Positions 9,406-20,426 of a stretch of DNA of 64,000 nucleotides are shown piece by piece. The translations under genes were made by a program, and so were the position numbers. The notes beneath the pieces were generated by a model. It had not been told where the DNA came from, ran no database searches, and was given only the letters and a program-made list of their open reading frames with translations. Positions within the stretch are counted from its first letter, which is position 1, and every line of letters starts with the position of its first letter. Source of the DNA: a candidate division WOR-3 bacterium (GTDB lineage Bacteria; Hydrothermota; Hydrothermia; LBFQ01); contig JALWYV010000042.1 in NCBI GenBank assembly GCA_027003075.1, positions 11,146 to 75,145 of the forward strand, written 5' to 3'.

Positions 9406-10395
9406 TTATCTTACGTACGGACGTACGAGTGCCCTGTCCTTCGCCCTGAAGACGACGAAGTACACGCCCTTCTTTCCGGGCAGGTAGTACGTATTGGCAC
9501 CCTTACCGTAGAACCGTTTTATGAGCCGTCCGGACGAAGAGTAGATACTCAGGGCGTACCTTTCGGGGTAGGTGACCTTTACCACGTCCCTCTCTATAAC
9601 CACGGGAGAGTAGCCGACTGAGGGCTTTTCGGCCACGTTAACGACCATGACCTTGTGGTAGATATCATAAAGCGTAGTGTCCAGGGCGGGGGTTCCGAAC
9701 ATGAAAAAGGTCTGTCGCACGGAGTCCGTATGGGTTTCCAGCTTGCCGAAGTTAATGCGGAAGACGTGGCGATCGTACTCCAGAATGATTATGGAGTCTA
9801 TGTTGTAACTGCTCGCAAGGGACGAAGCCCACACACCTATGTACAGGGGCGATACAGCAGTGGCCAGCTCGGTGGATGTGGCGTTCGTCACCTGCATCGT
9901 AGAAGACCTTACCCACGCCGTATCGTTTATGGAGTCGCCGTCAATATCAGAAATTTCAAACCTCACGTCCAGAGGTGTAAGGCACGTATCCCACGCCTCC
10001 CATGAATCTCCACTCGCGGCGTTGTACTTCGCCACCATAACTCCCCTCTCGCTGTAGAGGGTGCCGTTGAAGTAAATGAATCCGGTGTCGTTTACGACTC
10101 CGGAGTCGGACGTACCCACGCTTACCCAGAAGGCCACCGGAGTGCCGGGCATGATACAGGAACCTATAGTGTCCACGGAAACTATACCCAGTACGCTGTC
10201 CGTTACGGAGCCGTTACCGTAGCGGGAACCGCTGAGGGTGTAATCCCACTTTGCCCCGTCCACGTACCCGAGCCACGAGAGGGAGAACAGGCTGTAATCG
10301 GAGGAACCTCCCTTTGTCACCCTTTCAGCGAGGGCTTCTCTGACCTTTAAATGCAGAGCAGGATCTACATACAAACTTGCTATCAACCACATCAT
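9406..10395 (-). CDS. secreted protein with T9SS-type C-terminal sorting-domain-like tail
   Basis: Hydrophobic N-terminus. C-terminus is ...LSIYSSSGRLIKRFYGKGANTYYLPGKKGVYFVVFRAKDRALVRPYVR. TATAAT box (10404-10409) lies 8 nt upstream of the ATG. Confidence 0.6.
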   Translation of the reverse strand: MMWLIASLYVDPALHLKVREALAERVTKGGSSDYSLFSLSWLGYVDGAKWDYTLSGSRYGNGSVTDSVLGIVSVDTIGSCIMPGTPVAFWVSVGTSDSGVVNDTGFIYFNGTLYSERGVMVAKYNAASGDSWEAWDTCLTPLDVRFEISDIDGDSINDTAWVRSSTMQVTNATSTELATAVSPLYIGVWASSLASSYNIDSIIILEYDRHVFRINFGKLETHTDSVRQTFFMFGTPALDTTLYDIYHKVMVVNVAEKPSVGYSPVVIERDVVKVTYPERYALSIYSSSGRLIKRFYGKGANTYYLPGKKGVYFVVFRAKDRALVRPYVR

Positions 10396-10470
10396 AACCT
10401 AATATTATACGACAGGCCCCCACACGGATGCAACCGGCTTGCAGATACACGTCCACCGTAAAATCTACCT

Positions 10471-10809
10471 ATGAAGGTAAAAACGATTTCCTTTTCCGTC
10501 ACCGAAGATCGTTACGATGAAGCGGTGAACTACTTCCGCAGGTTAACCGGTGTAGAGCCGCAGGAGGAGGTACTTGACTTCCCGAAGATAAGAGTGGCCA
10601 ACTTCAAGGTTGGGGACGTGAGCCTCAGAGTTATGACGCCGTCGGGAGAGGGGTCCCACATCTCCGGTTTTCTGAAGAGGCACCGAGGGGGCATAGTATC
10701 CGTTACGCTCAAGGGTTTGAAGGCCGGGGAGTACGACGTACCCCTTGGCGAGGGCGGATTCCTTTCCCCTCCGTTCCTTGAAGGGGCGGTCCTTCAAATA
10801 GAGGAGTAG
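10471..10809 (+). CDS. small VOC/glyoxalase-fold-like protein (methylmalonyl-CoA epimerase-like, degenerate)
   Basis: Weak resemblance only: single beta-alpha-beta-beta-beta-type module, GEGSHISGFLKRHRGGIVSVTL. TAAAAT at 10459-10464 lies 6 nt upstream of the ATG. Confidence 0.35.
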   Translation: MKVKTISFSVTEDRYDEAVNYFRRLTGVEPQEEVLDFPKIRVANFKVGDVSLRVMTPSGEGSHISGFLKRHRGGIVSVTLKGLKAGEYDVPLGEGGFLSPPFLEGAVLQIEE

Positions 10810-10825
10810 GGACACCACTTTACAA

Positions 10826-11617
10826 TTGCAGCCTGCGTTGAAGTACGTACGGGTACTGTTTTTGTTCTGGAGGACGTCCCTTTCGGCGGAGATGGAGTAC
10901 AGGCTCAACTTTATCCTATCTGCCGTAAGTAGCCTTCTCAACGCTTCAGGGGGACTTTTCACACTCTCCTTCTTCTACCGCGGAGGGGGAAACCTCGGAG
11001 GATGGCCATGGCACGACGCCGTAGTAGTCTTTGGAGTATTCACCGTCGTGGAAGGTTTCTCCCAGAGCGTCCTAAATCCCAACCTTAACCGCATAGTTGA
11101 ACACGTACAGAAAGGGACTCTGGACTTTGTACTCCTCAAACCCATAGACAGCCAGTTCTGGCTCTCCACCCGTTACGTATCCCTCTGGGGTATACCCGGT
11201 ATCGTCACGGGATTCGCCCTGATAACGTACGGCCTCACCTCTCAGGGGATACCCGTGGTTAACCTCCTCTACGGCCTGATCCCCCTGCTATCCGGTCTGA
11301 TTATCCTTTACAGCATGTGGTTTATGCTCGGTACCCTGAGCATATGGTTCGTGAAGATATACAACGTCACGTACGTCCTCAAGGCCGTCGTGGAAGGGGG
11401 AAGGTTCCCCATAACCGCTTACCCCGTCCTGTACAGGCTATTTATGACCTTCATAATACCCGTGGCCTTCCTGACGACCGTGCCGGCTGAGACCTTTCTC
11501 GGACGCGGCACCACCTTCTATACGGTATTGGGAGTCCTGTTGGCCGTTCTATTCTTTACCCTGTCAAGGGTGTTCTGGCGGTTCGCCCTCAGGTATTACA
11601 CGAGCGCCTCCAGTTGA
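10826..11617 (+). CDS. ABC-2 type transporter permease (DUF990-like)
   Basis: TTG start. EYRLNFILSAVSSLLN N-terminal pattern and six TM segments. No cognate ATPase is adjacent. Confidence 0.5.
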   Translation: MQPALKYVRVLFLFWRTSLSAEMEYRLNFILSAVSSLLNASGGLFTLSFFYRGGGNLGGWPWHDAVVVFGVFTVVEGFSQSVLNPNLNRIVEHVQKGTLDFVLLKPIDSQFWLSTRYVSLWGIPGIVTGFALITYGLTSQGIPVVNLLYGLIPLLSGLIILYSMWFMLGTLSIWFVKIYNVTYVLKAVVEGGRFPITAYPVLYRLFMTFIIPVAFLTTVPAETFLGRGTTFYTVLGVLLAVLFFTLSRVFWRFALRYYTSASS

Positions 11618-11650
11618 AGACAGGACGCTGCGGCGGTAAAATGGCCGCCT

Positions 11651-13195
11651 ATGGGACGTTTTAAAACCTTTCTGTTGCTGATAATGACCTTCGTTCTGGG
11701 CACGTCCTTCGGGTACGGACTCACCCTGTTCGCCCAGAACTCGGATGAGGGAGGGAAGAAGCTGACTTTCAGTCAGATGACCGACGTTCTGGTATCCGCC
11801 CTGAACGTAATTAAAAAGTACTACGTCGTTGAAGTTAAACCTACCAAACTCTTGGAGAACGCCGCCAAGGGTATGGTCAGGTTATCTCTGGACGCCCACT
11901 CCGACCTCCTCACCCCTGAAGAGACCAAACGGCTCATGGAGAGCACGGAAGGGTCTTACGAGGGTGTAGGTATGACCATCGGAGAGCGGAACGGTTTCGT
12001 CGTGGTAATAGCCCCGTTTGAGGGGACACCGGCCTGGAGGGCTGGTCTTAAGCCCGGAGATCGCATAATCCGTATAAACGATACGTCCGTCATTGGCTGG
12101 AAGGTGGATAAGGTCTCCAAACATCTGAGAGGCCCGAGAGGGACGAAGGTGAAGGTTACGGTGTACCGCCCCGCCATAAACGATACCTTAACTTTCGTTA
12201 TAACGAGGGACAGGATCGTTCTCAAGGCCGTACCGTACTACGGTATGTTTGAGGACGGCGTGGGGTACGTGAAGTTAAACTCCTTTCAGGAGGACGCTTC
12301 GGATAAGGTGCGAGATGCCCTGATTGAGTTGAAGAAGAAGGGAGCAAAGAAGGTCATCCTTGACCTCAGGGGCAATCCCGGGGGACTACTGAGGCAGTCC
12401 TTCCTTATCGGGGGCTTTTTCCTCGGTGAGGGGAAATTAGTGGTCTATACCGAGGGCAGAATTCCGGACAGTAAGGAGAGGTTCTACAGTGAGGGGGATA
12501 TGATCTTTCCCGAGGACGTTCCGGTCGCCGTCCTGATAGACAGGGGGTCGGCCAGCGCCTCCGAGATCGTTGCGGGAGCCCTGCAGGATTGGGACAGGGC
12601 CATTATAGTTGGAGATACCAGTTTCGGAAAGGGCACGGTACAGAGGATATTCACCCTTCCTTACGATTACACCCTGAGGCTTACCATTGCCCGATACCAT
12701 ACACCTTCGGGTCGCTCCATCCACAAGGGTAAGCTGGGGGAAATAGAAAAGGATACTAACACCTATTTCACCAAGATACTCAAGAGGCCCATCAAGGGAG
12801 GCGGTGGTATAGCTCCGGACGTTTACGTCAAACCCCACGTCCTGCCGAGGCTCGTGCAGAAGGCCGAGGCCAAGGGAGTCATATCCAACTGGGCCACAAA
12901 GTACACGAGCATCCATAAGAAGCCGAAGCGTCCGGAGGACATAAAGTTGACGGACAAAGATCTTGAGGACTTCAAGAGGGCGCTCCGTAAGGCGGACATA
13001 GAGTTTACCGACTGCCGGTTTGACGAGGCGAAGGAGGATTTTAAGCGTCTGCTCCTCATGGAGATCGCCTATCAGTACTTCGGGGAGAGAGGGCGGTACA
13101 GGATCCTGCTCCAGTACGACCCCGTTTTCAAGAAGACGATGGACATCCTCAAAAAGACCAGAAAGACCGAAGACCTCTTCAGGATAAAACGGTAG
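11651..13195 (+). CDS. S41 carboxyl-terminal processing protease with PDZ domain
   Basis: Signal anchor, PDZ segment (GLKPGDRIIRINDTSV), S41 motifs LDLRGNPGGLL and GSASASEIVAGALQD. Confidence 0.9.
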   Translation: MGRFKTFLLLIMTFVLGTSFGYGLTLFAQNSDEGGKKLTFSQMTDVLVSALNVIKKYYVVEVKPTKLLENAAKGMVRLSLDAHSDLLTPEETKRLMESTEGSYEGVGMTIGERNGFVVVIAPFEGTPAWRAGLKPGDRIIRINDTSVIGWKVDKVSKHLRGPRGTKVKVTVYRPAINDTLTFVITRDRIVLKAVPYYGMFEDGVGYVKLNSFQEDASDKVRDALIELKKKGAKKVILDLRGNPGGLLRQSFLIGGFFLGEGKLVVYTEGRIPDSKERFYSEGDMIFPEDVPVAVLIDRGSASASEIVAGALQDWDRAIIVGDTSFGKGTVQRIFTLPYDYTLRLTIARYHTPSGRSIHKGKLGEIEKDTNTYFTKILKRPIKGGGGIAPDVYVKPHVLPRLVQKAEAKGVISNWATKYTSIHKKPKRPEDIKLTDKDLEDFKRALRKADIEFTDCRFDEAKEDFKRLLLMEIAYQYFGERGRYRILLQYDPVFKKTMDILKKTRKTEDLFRIKR

Positions 13196-13212
13196 GTGAG
13201 GTTAAGTAGAGG

Positions 13213-13239
13213 GAGGGGGCTTCAAGCCCCCTCTTTTTT
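13213..13239 (+). terminator. intrinsic terminator after the S41 protease gene
   Basis: An 8-bp stem (gagggggc, 13213-13220, pairing with gccccctc, 13226-13233) with a ttcaa loop, followed by TTTTTT (13234-13239). Confidence 0.7.
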
Positions 13240-16042
13240 ATTCCATACCCAGAACCTTCCGGAGGTACTGCCCCGTGTAGGACTCCGGCACCTTTGCTAT
13301 CTCCTCCGGAGGTCCCTCAGCCACTAAGTATCCTCCCTCGTCCCCACCTTCAGGACCCAGATCTATGACCCAGTCGGCGTTCTTTATGACGTCAAGGTTA
13401 TGCTCTATCACCAGAACGGTGTTCCCGTTGTCGGCGAATCGGTGGAGTACGTCTATCAGCTTCTTTACGTCGTCAAAGTGTAGACCTGTGGTAGGTTCAT
13501 CAAGGATGTAGAGGGTCCTTCCCGTAGGTATCTTGGACAGCTCCTTAGCCAGCTTTATCCTCTGGGCCTCGCCTCCGGAGAGGGTGGTTGAGGGTTGACC
13601 CAGTTTTATGTATCCGAGACCCACGTCCACCATTACCTGAAGCTTACGGCGTATGGTGGGAACCTCCTCAAAGAAGTCGTAGGCCTCGTCCACCGTCATG
13701 TCAAGGACGTCGGCTATGGACTTGCCCCTGTACTTTATTTCAAGGGTCTCGGCGTTGTACCTCTTCCCACGGCAGACTTCGCAGGGGACGAAGATATCCG
13801 GGAGGAAGTGCATCTCTATCCGTACGTACCCCTCCCCCTCGCAGGCCTCACACCTGCCCCCGCGGAGGTTGAAGGAGAAGCGTGAGGGTTTGTAGCCGCG
13901 TGCCTTCGCCTCTGGCAGTTTGGCGTAGAAGTCCCTTATGTACGTGAAGACACCCGTGTAGGTGGCGGGGTTGCTCCTCGGAGTTCTGCCTATGGGGGAC
14001 TGATCCACGTCTATCACCCTGTCTATGTACTCCATACCGAGGATGGTATCGTGCTCGCCGGGGTCCATCTTTGATCTGTACAGTTTCTTTGCGAGCGCCC
14101 TGTAGAGGATGTCCATCACCAGGGTGGACTTTCCAGAGCCGGAGACCCCAGTGACGACCACAAAGAGGCCGAGGGGTATCCTTACGGTTATGTTCTTGAG
14201 GTTGTTCTCCCTGGCTCCAACTATCTTCAGCCACTCGTCCCCCGGCTTCCTCCTCTCCTTCGGCACGGGTATGTTCCTCTTTCCCGACAGGTAGGCCCCT
14301 GTTAAGGATCTCTCGCTCTTTAATATATCTTCAACCGTCCCGGCGGCCACGACCTCACCGCCGTATACGCCGGCTCCCGGCCCGAGATCCACGATGTAGT
14401 CGGCGCTCCTTATGGTCTCCTCGTCGTGTTCCACAACTATGACGGTGTTCCCGAGGTCCCTCATGTGCTTGAGGGTACCTATGAGTCTGGTGTTGTCCCT
14501 CGGGTGCAGGCCTATGGTCGGTTCGTCAAGGACGTATATGACACCGGACAACCCCGAGCCTATCTGGGTTGCCAGCCTCACCCTCTGCTCCTCTCCTCCG
14601 GATAGGGTATCCGCCCGTCGGTCTAAAGTTAGATATCCCAGCCCAACCTCGTCAAGGAACTTCAGGCGGCGCGTTATCTCTCCCACTATCCTCTCCGCCA
14701 CCATCGCCCTTTTACCTTCAAGTTTCAGGTTCCAGAAGAAGGCGAGGGCATCCTTTACGCTCATCTGGACGATATCCCATATGTTCTTCCCGGCCACGTA
14801 AACGGATAGGGCCTCCCTCCTGAGGCGGGAACCCCCGCAGGCCGGACAGGTGGTGTATATCATGTAACGGCCTATGTCAGATCTGACCCACTCCGAATCC
14901 GTACTCCTGTACTTACGCCAGAGCTGGGGGATTATGCCGTCCCAATCCCTGTAAAGTGGTCTGAAGTCCTGATCGTCAAGGGACTCCGGTGGCTCCTCCA
15001 CCCCCCAGAGTACCACGTTCTTAAAAGGCTCCGGGAGGATGCGCCAGGGGTCGTGGATAGAAGCACCGTACTTGCGGGCTATCCTCTGGAGGACGCGGGC
15101 TGTTATGGGGTGGGGTTCGGAGAGGGGTTTTATTGCCCCCTCCATGATGGAGAGGTCGGGGTTGGCTATGAGTTTACCGGGGTCAAAGTCCATCTTCACA
15201 CCCAGACCGGTACAGACCGGGCAGGCCCCGTAAGGGGAGTTGAAGGAGAAGAGTCGCGGCTCCAGCTCCGGCATGGAGAAGCCGCACTTCGGACAGGCGA
15301 GGCTCTCGCTGAATATCTCCTCCTCGTCCCGGTCGGTTATGATCTTGACCAGGCCCTCGCTCTCCTTCAGGGCGGTCTCAACCGACTGGTGTATACGGCT
15401 TCTGTCCTCCTCCCTGACCATCACCCTGTCAACGACTATCTCTATATCGTGGCGTCTGTTCTTGTCAAGGGCCGGGACCTCGTCTATGCTGTACATTATC
15501 CCGTTCACCCTCACCCTCACGAAGCCCTTCCTGGCTATCTTTTTGAAAAGTTCCCTGTACTCCCCCTTCTTTCCCCTCACCACGGGAGCCAGAATCTGGA
15601 TCCTCCGATAGGGATACTTTTTAAAGAGTACGTCAACTATCTCATCAACGCTCCACTTCTGCAGGGGGGTTCCGTCGTTGGGGCAGTGGGGAATGCCGGC
15701 GCGAGCAAAGAGAAGGCGGAGGTAGTCGTATATCTCCGTGGTCGTTGCCACCGTGGAACGGGGATTGCGCATTATCTTACGCTGCTCTATGGCTATTCCG
15801 GGGGAGAGTCCCTCTATCTCCTCAACGTCGGGTTTTTCCATCACACCAAGGAACTGGCGGGCGTAGGGAGAGAGGCTCTCAACGTACCTCCTCTGCGCCT
15901 CGGCGTATATGACGTCAAAGGCGAGGGAGGACTTACCGGATCCGGATACCCCCGTTATGACGACGAAGCTGTCTTTGGGTATCTCAACGGTTATGTTCTT
16001 CAGGTTGTGCTGTTTCGCTCCTTTAACCACCAACTTTCGCAT
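13238..16042 (-). CDS. uvrA: excinuclease ABC subunit A
   Basis: Two ABC modules ([10 protein letters not shown] and [10 protein letters not shown]), zinc-finger CxxC pairs, length 934 aa. TATAAT (16053-16058) lies 10 nt upstream of the ATG. Confidence 0.97.
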   Translation of the reverse strand: MRKLVVKGAKQHNLKNITVEIPKDSFVVITGVSGSGKSSLAFDVIYAEAQRRYVESLSPYARQFLGVMEKPDVEEIEGLSPGIAIEQRKIMRNPRSTVATTTEIYDYLRLLFARAGIPHCPNDGTPLQKWSVDEIVDVLFKKYPYRRIQILAPVVRGKKGEYRELFKKIARKGFVRVRVNGIMYSIDEVPALDKNRRHDIEIVVDRVMVREEDRSRIHQSVETALKESEGLVKIITDRDEEEIFSESLACPKCGFSMPELEPRLFSFNSPYGACPVCTGLGVKMDFDPGKLIANPDLSIMEGAIKPLSEPHPITARVLQRIARKYGASIHDPWRILPEPFKNVVLWGVEEPPESLDDQDFRPLYRDWDGIIPQLWRKYRSTDSEWVRSDIGRYMIYTTCPACGGSRLRREALSVYVAGKNIWDIVQMSVKDALAFFWNLKLEGKRAMVAERIVGEITRRLKFLDEVGLGYLTLDRRADTLSGGEEQRVRLATQIGSGLSGVIYVLDEPTIGLHPRDNTRLIGTLKHMRDLGNTVIVVEHDEETIRSADYIVDLGPGAGVYGGEVVAAGTVEDILKSERSLTGAYLSGKRNIPVPKERRKPGDEWLKIVGARENNLKNITVRIPLGLFVVVTGVSGSGKSTLVMDILYRALAKKLYRSKMDPGEHDTILGMEYIDRVIDVDQSPIGRTPRSNPATYTGVFTYIRDFYAKLPEAKARGYKPSRFSFNLRGGRCEACEGEGYVRIEMHFLPDIFVPCEVCRGKRYNAETLEIKYRGKSIADVLDMTVDEAYDFFEEVPTIRRKLQVMVDVGLGYIKLGQPSTTLSGGEAQRIKLAKELSKIPTGRTLYILDEPTTGLHFDDVKKLIDVLHRFADNGNTVLVIEHNLDVIKNADWVIDLGPEGGDEGGYLVAEGPPEEIAKVPESYTGQYLRKVLGME

Positions 16043-16083
16043 GGAAGCGGGTATTATACTGGGAAAACGTTTTCAGTGCGACC

Positions 16084-17555
16084 CTATCTTACCATTACTC
16101 TGGTGATTTTGTCGCGGGATCTCACGAAGTACACGCCGGGTTTCAAAAGGGTACTCCCTTTACCCCGGTACACCGTCCTGCCGTCGGAGGAGAAGACCTC
16201 TACATAGGTTTGAGGAACGAGCGTTCTACCTATCAGGATGAAAGGTTCCTGAACTTTAGATTTACGCTCTCCGACGCCGAGTTCACCCTCGGAACCCGTA
16301 GGGACGCAGGACACACATATACCGGGACGCGAAACGTACCTGAATCCCGTCTCCTTTTCGTAAAATAGGACGGAGTCCAGACAGGCGGTATCACCGGTGG
16401 GGACGATGAAGGTGTCGCTATAGGGCCGAAGTACCCCGTACCGCTGGACGGAGTACGGACGTATACGGATGTACGCGTGCTTAAGGCGTTGGATAGGTAG
16501 TAGACGACCTGCAGGGTATCCGGAACGAGAGTCCATGCTGTAGCCTGTGGAGAGGAGCCGTCGGAACCTCCCGCCACCAGTATCCTTCTGCGAGCAGTGA
16601 CGAAGGCTGAGTCCACCCTTATGAGGCAACTGACGGTATCAACGGGCAGGCTATCCGGTCTCGGAGGTGTGGTATCCGCAAGGGTAACGACGAGAGCGTC
16701 TCTCCCCGCAGGAAGATCCGGAGGATCGTACGAGGTCCAATCACATGCGGTTAAGGAAGCGTTCAGCTTACACCTATCAACGTTCGCGTAGACGTTTCCA
16801 CCGGCGTCTGCTCCGCCTATCACCCATATGCTCGTATCGGGCAGGAACACGGCACCTAACTGGTAGCGGGCCGGTACCGGGTAGTTTCCAACGCTGACCC
16901 ACGAGTCGCTTAAGGGGTCGTAACGGTAGATGGTACTGCTCAGGGTAGGTACTCCAAAACTTACGGACGTGTACCCCGAAACGTAGAACAGGCCTATGCC
17001 CGCAAAGGGTTCGGACGTTATCAGGACACCTTCGGCTAAAGTGGTCGGAAGGTTGGATTTCGTCGTGTAGGTTCCCGTTGAGGGGTCGTACTCCCACGTC
17101 GTATTGTATACGGTGCAGGTAAACAGGCCGCAGTTGTTGTACCCTCCGGCTAAGTATATCTTACCACCGAACCCGGCCGCTCCGAGACCGGCTCTACCGT
17201 CCGGAAGGGAGGGGCCGTACGACCATAGGCTCGCCGGGACGTTGTACTTCCTGTTTGTGTTGGAGTAAGATGCGGTGCTGGGGTCCTCACCTCCGAATAC
17301 GTAAAACGTATCACCAACATACGCCCCCGCGAGTACCCACATCGGGGAGAGTACGGTCCCTCCAGTGTTCCAGGAGTCCGTTACGGGGTCGTATATCTGA
17401 GTCAAGGGGGAGTAGGTGATAAGCAGAGGATCGTTCAATCCCGAAGCCACGTAAACCCTGTTCTGGCTACCTACCCACGCGTATCCGGGGTAGATCACCC
17501 CCTCCACCATGTTGGAAGCTGCTACCCACGTGGCACTTAGAACGAACGTTACCAT
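16084..17555 (-). pseudogene. Kelch-repeat secreted protein with T9SS-type C-terminal domain, interrupted by a frameshift
   Basis: The 440-aa ORF (16233-17555) carries Kelch-like repeats (FYVFGG, IYLAGGY, IWVIGG). An overlapping ORF in another frame (16084-16629) ends in ...VEVFSSDGRTVYRGKGSTLLKPGVYFVRSRDKITRVMVR. Plausible sequence switches frame around 16420-16440, next to short G/C runs. Confidence 0.6.
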
Positions 17556-17602
17556 ACCGGACTCCCATTATAATCCTGGACACCGTACGAACGACTCCCC
17601 TT

Positions 17603-17608
17603 TAAAAT
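17603..17608 (+). promoter_or_regulatory. -10 box (TAAAAT) of a leaderless bcp transcript
   Basis: TAAAAT, then a 6-nt spacer (aaactc), then ATG 17615. No Shine-Dalgarno sequence. Confidence 0.55.
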
Positions 17609-17614
17609 AAACTC

Positions 17615-18094
17615 ATGCTCAAGCCCGGAGACATGGCACCGGATTTTGTCCTTAAAAATGCCGAAGGCAAAGATGTGAGGTTGTCCGACTTCCGGGGAAA
17701 GTGGGTTGTCCTCTACTTCTACCCGAAGGACGACACCCCCGGTTGTACGAAGGAGGCCATAGGTTTTACGGAGCTGGCCGGAGAATTTGAGAAGTTAGGG
17801 GCTGTCATAATCGGGGTAAGTCCCGACCCACCGGAAAGCCACGTACGTTTTATGCGCAAGTACAACCTGAACGTGAACCTTCTGAGCGATACGGAGAAGG
17901 AGGTTCTAAAAAAGTACGGGGCATGGGGGAAGAAGAAGATGTACGGGAAGGAGTACGAGGGTGTGATAAGGAGTACGTACCTCATAGACCCGGACGGCAA
18001 GATAGTCAGGGTATGGCCGAAGGTGAAAGTTGAGGGACACGCCAAAGAAGTACTGGAGACTCTTAGGGCCATAGTAAACGGAGGTCACGGTTAA
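17615..18094 (+). CDS. bcp: thiol peroxidase Bcp (peroxiredoxin, AhpC/TSA family)
   Basis: [18 protein letters not shown] catalytic motif. Length 159 aa. Confidence 0.9.
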   Translation: MLKPGDMAPDFVLKNAEGKDVRLSDFRGKWVVLYFYPKDDTPGCTKEAIGFTELAGEFEKLGAVIIGVSPDPPESHVRFMRKYNLNVNLLSDTEKEVLKKYGAWGKKKMYGKEYEGVIRSTYLIDPDGKIVRVWPKVKVEGHAKEVLETLRAIVNGGHG

Positions 18095-18104
18095 AATCTT
18101 GGGT

Positions 18105-18368
18105 ATGAAGAGGTTAGAGGCGAGAGTGTTCGGCTGGGTTCAGGGGGTAGGGTTCAGAGCCTATACGAGGTGGAGGGCGAAGGAGCTGGGATTACATGGA
18201 TATGCCAGAAATCTACCCGACGGTAGCGTTGAGGTGGTGGTTGAGGGGCCTGAGGAGGCTCTGAAAAAGCTGGTGGACTACCTGTGGTTAGGCCCCGGAA
18301 GGGTGGATGACGTAAGGTGGAGCATAAACGACAGGGTGGAAGGATTGGAGGGGTTCAGGATCCTGTAA
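18105..18368 (+). CDS. acyP: acylphosphatase
   Basis: VFGWVQGVGFRAYT and GYARNLPDGSVEVVVEG motifs. ATG 18105 is preferred over TTG 18099 because TAAAAT at 18092-18097 lies 7 nt upstream. Confidence 0.85.
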   Translation: MKRLEARVFGWVQGVGFRAYTRWRAKELGLHGYARNLPDGSVEVVVEGPEEALKKLVDYLWLGPGRVDDVRWSINDRVEGLEGFRIL

Positions 18369-18438
18369 GGTAAGGGGTTCGGTTAAAACCCCCGCTTGGG
18401 AGGATGAGATTTCTGACTATCAAGTCTATAATCTCCGG

Positions 18439-20124
18439 GTGAAAGAAAGGGACTGTCAGGAAGTATTAGAGACGTTTCCCCTCCACAGGATATTTCACAT
18501 TCTCCTTTATTGCACAGAGGAAGAGGTCTTAAGGTACTACGAGAAGGTCCTTGAGAGGTGTATGAACGAAGGTTGCGATGAGGTCTATACCCGGAACGTC
18601 ATAAGGACCATCGTATACATGCACTTTCAGGCGCAGAACTACGCGCAGTTTGACAGGATAAAGGGACTGATAGATCTGTACAGGGAGATGGGAGGAACGG
18701 AGGAGAACGCCCTTGACCTCTACATAACGCTGTACGCGTACACCTTCAGGAGTAAGGAGTACATGGAGGTGTTCCGTAAGATCCACGAAAAACGCCTGTA
18801 CGGGTACATTTACAACATATACAACGGGAAACACCCCTACTTTCTGAAGTACAAACCTGTCACCTTCTCCCTGCCGTATCCCCCTCTGGCCGCCCTTGAG
18901 CAACTCATGTACGGCATAAACCTCTTCCTGTCCGAGGATAGGATAGACAGGATCCTTAATAACTTCAAACATCTAATTGAATCGCTCCACGCCGAAGGGA
19001 AGGAGGTGATAGTACACTATGAGGACTATCTCATACCTGTTGAAATCCTGGGTGCGATGGCCTTAAATGCGGGGGCTTTTGCCATGTCCCACAGGCTGGC
19101 GCGAAAGAGGAACGACACCGTCCTCTCTATGCCGGAGAGCGCCCTGAAGAGCTTCCTCCTCAAGTTAAGTGCCGTCGTTGATGAGAAGGACCTTCCGGTG
19201 ACCCTGCGTTTCAAGTACGAGTTAGAGCGTAAGAACGGAAACCTTTTAACGTACTACAACACCCTATTTGAGTACGTGGCCGTTAGCGGAGACTTCAAAC
19301 TCATAGAGAACGTACCGGAGGAACATCTAACCTTCATGAGGACGTTCTTCTTCCGCCCTTACACGAAGTACCTTATGCTGAAAGCCGAAGTGGGAGAGAT
19401 GAGTCTGAACGAGGTATGGGAGATGGCCTATAAGCGTGGCACGCTCGGATACTACGACAACGTGTGGGTCCTTCTACGAGCGGTTTCAAAGAAATCAAGG
19501 AGGGCGTTTATAAACTTCTCCGAAAAGTTGAGCGTTGCGTACGGTGAGGATGAGCCTCTCCCACTCAGGGATACCTACCTGCGATCTAAATCGGCCCTTG
19601 CCGGTCTGTCCTACCTTCTGGTCTTCCATCCCGACTCCTTCATCCCTAACCACGGTGGAGGCTTCCGTTTCAAGAGAGGAGCCTTAAGGCGTTTCCTCAG
19701 TGAGTACTCCGAAAGCCTGTATCCCAACCTCTTCAGGAAGTACCGCAGTTCTCTGGCGAAACTCAAGGAGCGGTTGAACCGCCGCATAGAGGAGGACATA
19801 AACAGGGTGGGGCAGGTGATTAGTACCGGCAGGTTAAGAAAGGATGTTCCCATAAATTTGAGGGCGTACGAGGTAGAGGGGCCGTATGGGAAGCGTATGT
19901 ATATCTCCGGGGGGCATAACTTTGAGGCTGCAGCCCGCTATCGTACCGTATTTACGGAGTTCGTGGACGAGCCGGAGGAGTGGATGAGACCCTTTAAACG
20001 TAAGGCGTGGGAGATCTACCGGGATTTTGTAAACGACTACGCCGACAACGTCCTAACCCGGGGCGAGTTCAACAGGTTGATTGATGAGAAGGGGACGGAT
20101 TTTGAGTTTATAGAGGGGGAATGA
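18439..20124 (+). CDS. hypothetical protein, 561 aa, no recognisable domain
   Basis: Long ORF, helix-rich by composition, visibly more AT-rich than its neighbours. GTG start 6 nt downstream of TATAAT (18427-18432). Confidence 0.5.
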   Translation: MKERDCQEVLETFPLHRIFHILLYCTEEEVLRYYEKVLERCMNEGCDEVYTRNVIRTIVYMHFQAQNYAQFDRIKGLIDLYREMGGTEENALDLYITLYAYTFRSKEYMEVFRKIHEKRLYGYIYNIYNGKHPYFLKYKPVTFSLPYPPLAALEQLMYGINLFLSEDRIDRILNNFKHLIESLHAEGKEVIVHYEDYLIPVEILGAMALNAGAFAMSHRLARKRNDTVLSMPESALKSFLLKLSAVVDEKDLPVTLRFKYELERKNGNLLTYYNTLFEYVAVSGDFKLIENVPEEHLTFMRTFFFRPYTKYLMLKAEVGEMSLNEVWEMAYKRGTLGYYDNVWVLLRAVSKKSRRAFINFSEKLSVAYGEDEPLPLRDTYLRSKSALAGLSYLLVFHPDSFIPNHGGGFRFKRGALRRFLSEYSESLYPNLFRKYRSSLAKLKERLNRRIEEDINRVGQVISTGRLRKDVPINLRAYEVEGPYGKRMYISGGHNFEAAARYRTVFTEFVDEPEEWMRPFKRKAWEIYRDFVNDYADNVLTRGEFNRLIDEKGTDFEFIEGE

Positions 20125-20129
20125 GAAGT

Positions 20130-20426
20130 CTACTCGCATGATATGACTTCCCCATTCACGACGAAATCGTAGTAGAACGGCTCAAAGTTCCAGATAAGGA
20201 ACACCAGGTAGTACTCGGCAGATTTCGTGGGAGAGTAGAGGAAGTGATCCTCTCCCGATAGGTTCTTTATCTCGTAGCCGTATATGTCCTCCATCCAGCC
20301 TTCCTTTACCTTCTCAAGGTTCGCAGGCCCCACGATCATGAAAATCAGGTTCTCAGGTATCTCCACGTAATCCCCTACGGCACTTACCGTCCCCTTTATG
20401 GTGTCGTCTAATACCATTTCCACCAA
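20130..20426 (-). CDS. hypothetical ORF, probably a 5'-truncated remnant abutting the IS
   Basis: Its first codons (TTG 20426 or ATG 20417) overlap the 3' end of the IS630 transposase ORF, so the N-terminus is probably not native. No family recognised. Confidence 0.3.
   Translation of the reverse strand: MVEMVLDDTIKGTVSAVGDYVEIPENLIFMIVGPANLEKVKEGWMEDIYGYEIKNLSGEDHFLYSPTKSAEYYLVFLIWNFEPFYYDFVVNGEVISCE

Noticed and set aside
15053-16207. Long antisense ORFs inside well-supported genes: 384 aa opposite uvrA, 35001-36125 opposite nuoD, 1804-2598 opposite the LPP20-like gene, 26324-27070, 30083-30760, 47787-48452, 50211-50828, 52544-53284 and 56751-57398.
   Set aside because: They mirror strongly identified genes on the other strand. 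They have skewed low-complexity compositions (rich in R, G, P, V, L and H), no recognisable motifs and no promoter or SD context. Such shadow ORFs are expected in GC-rich coding sequence.
18370-18400. The hairpin ggggtt...aacccc after acyP as an intrinsic terminator.
   Set aside because: It has only a 6-bp stem with a 7-nt loop and no following T-run, which is too weak to call.
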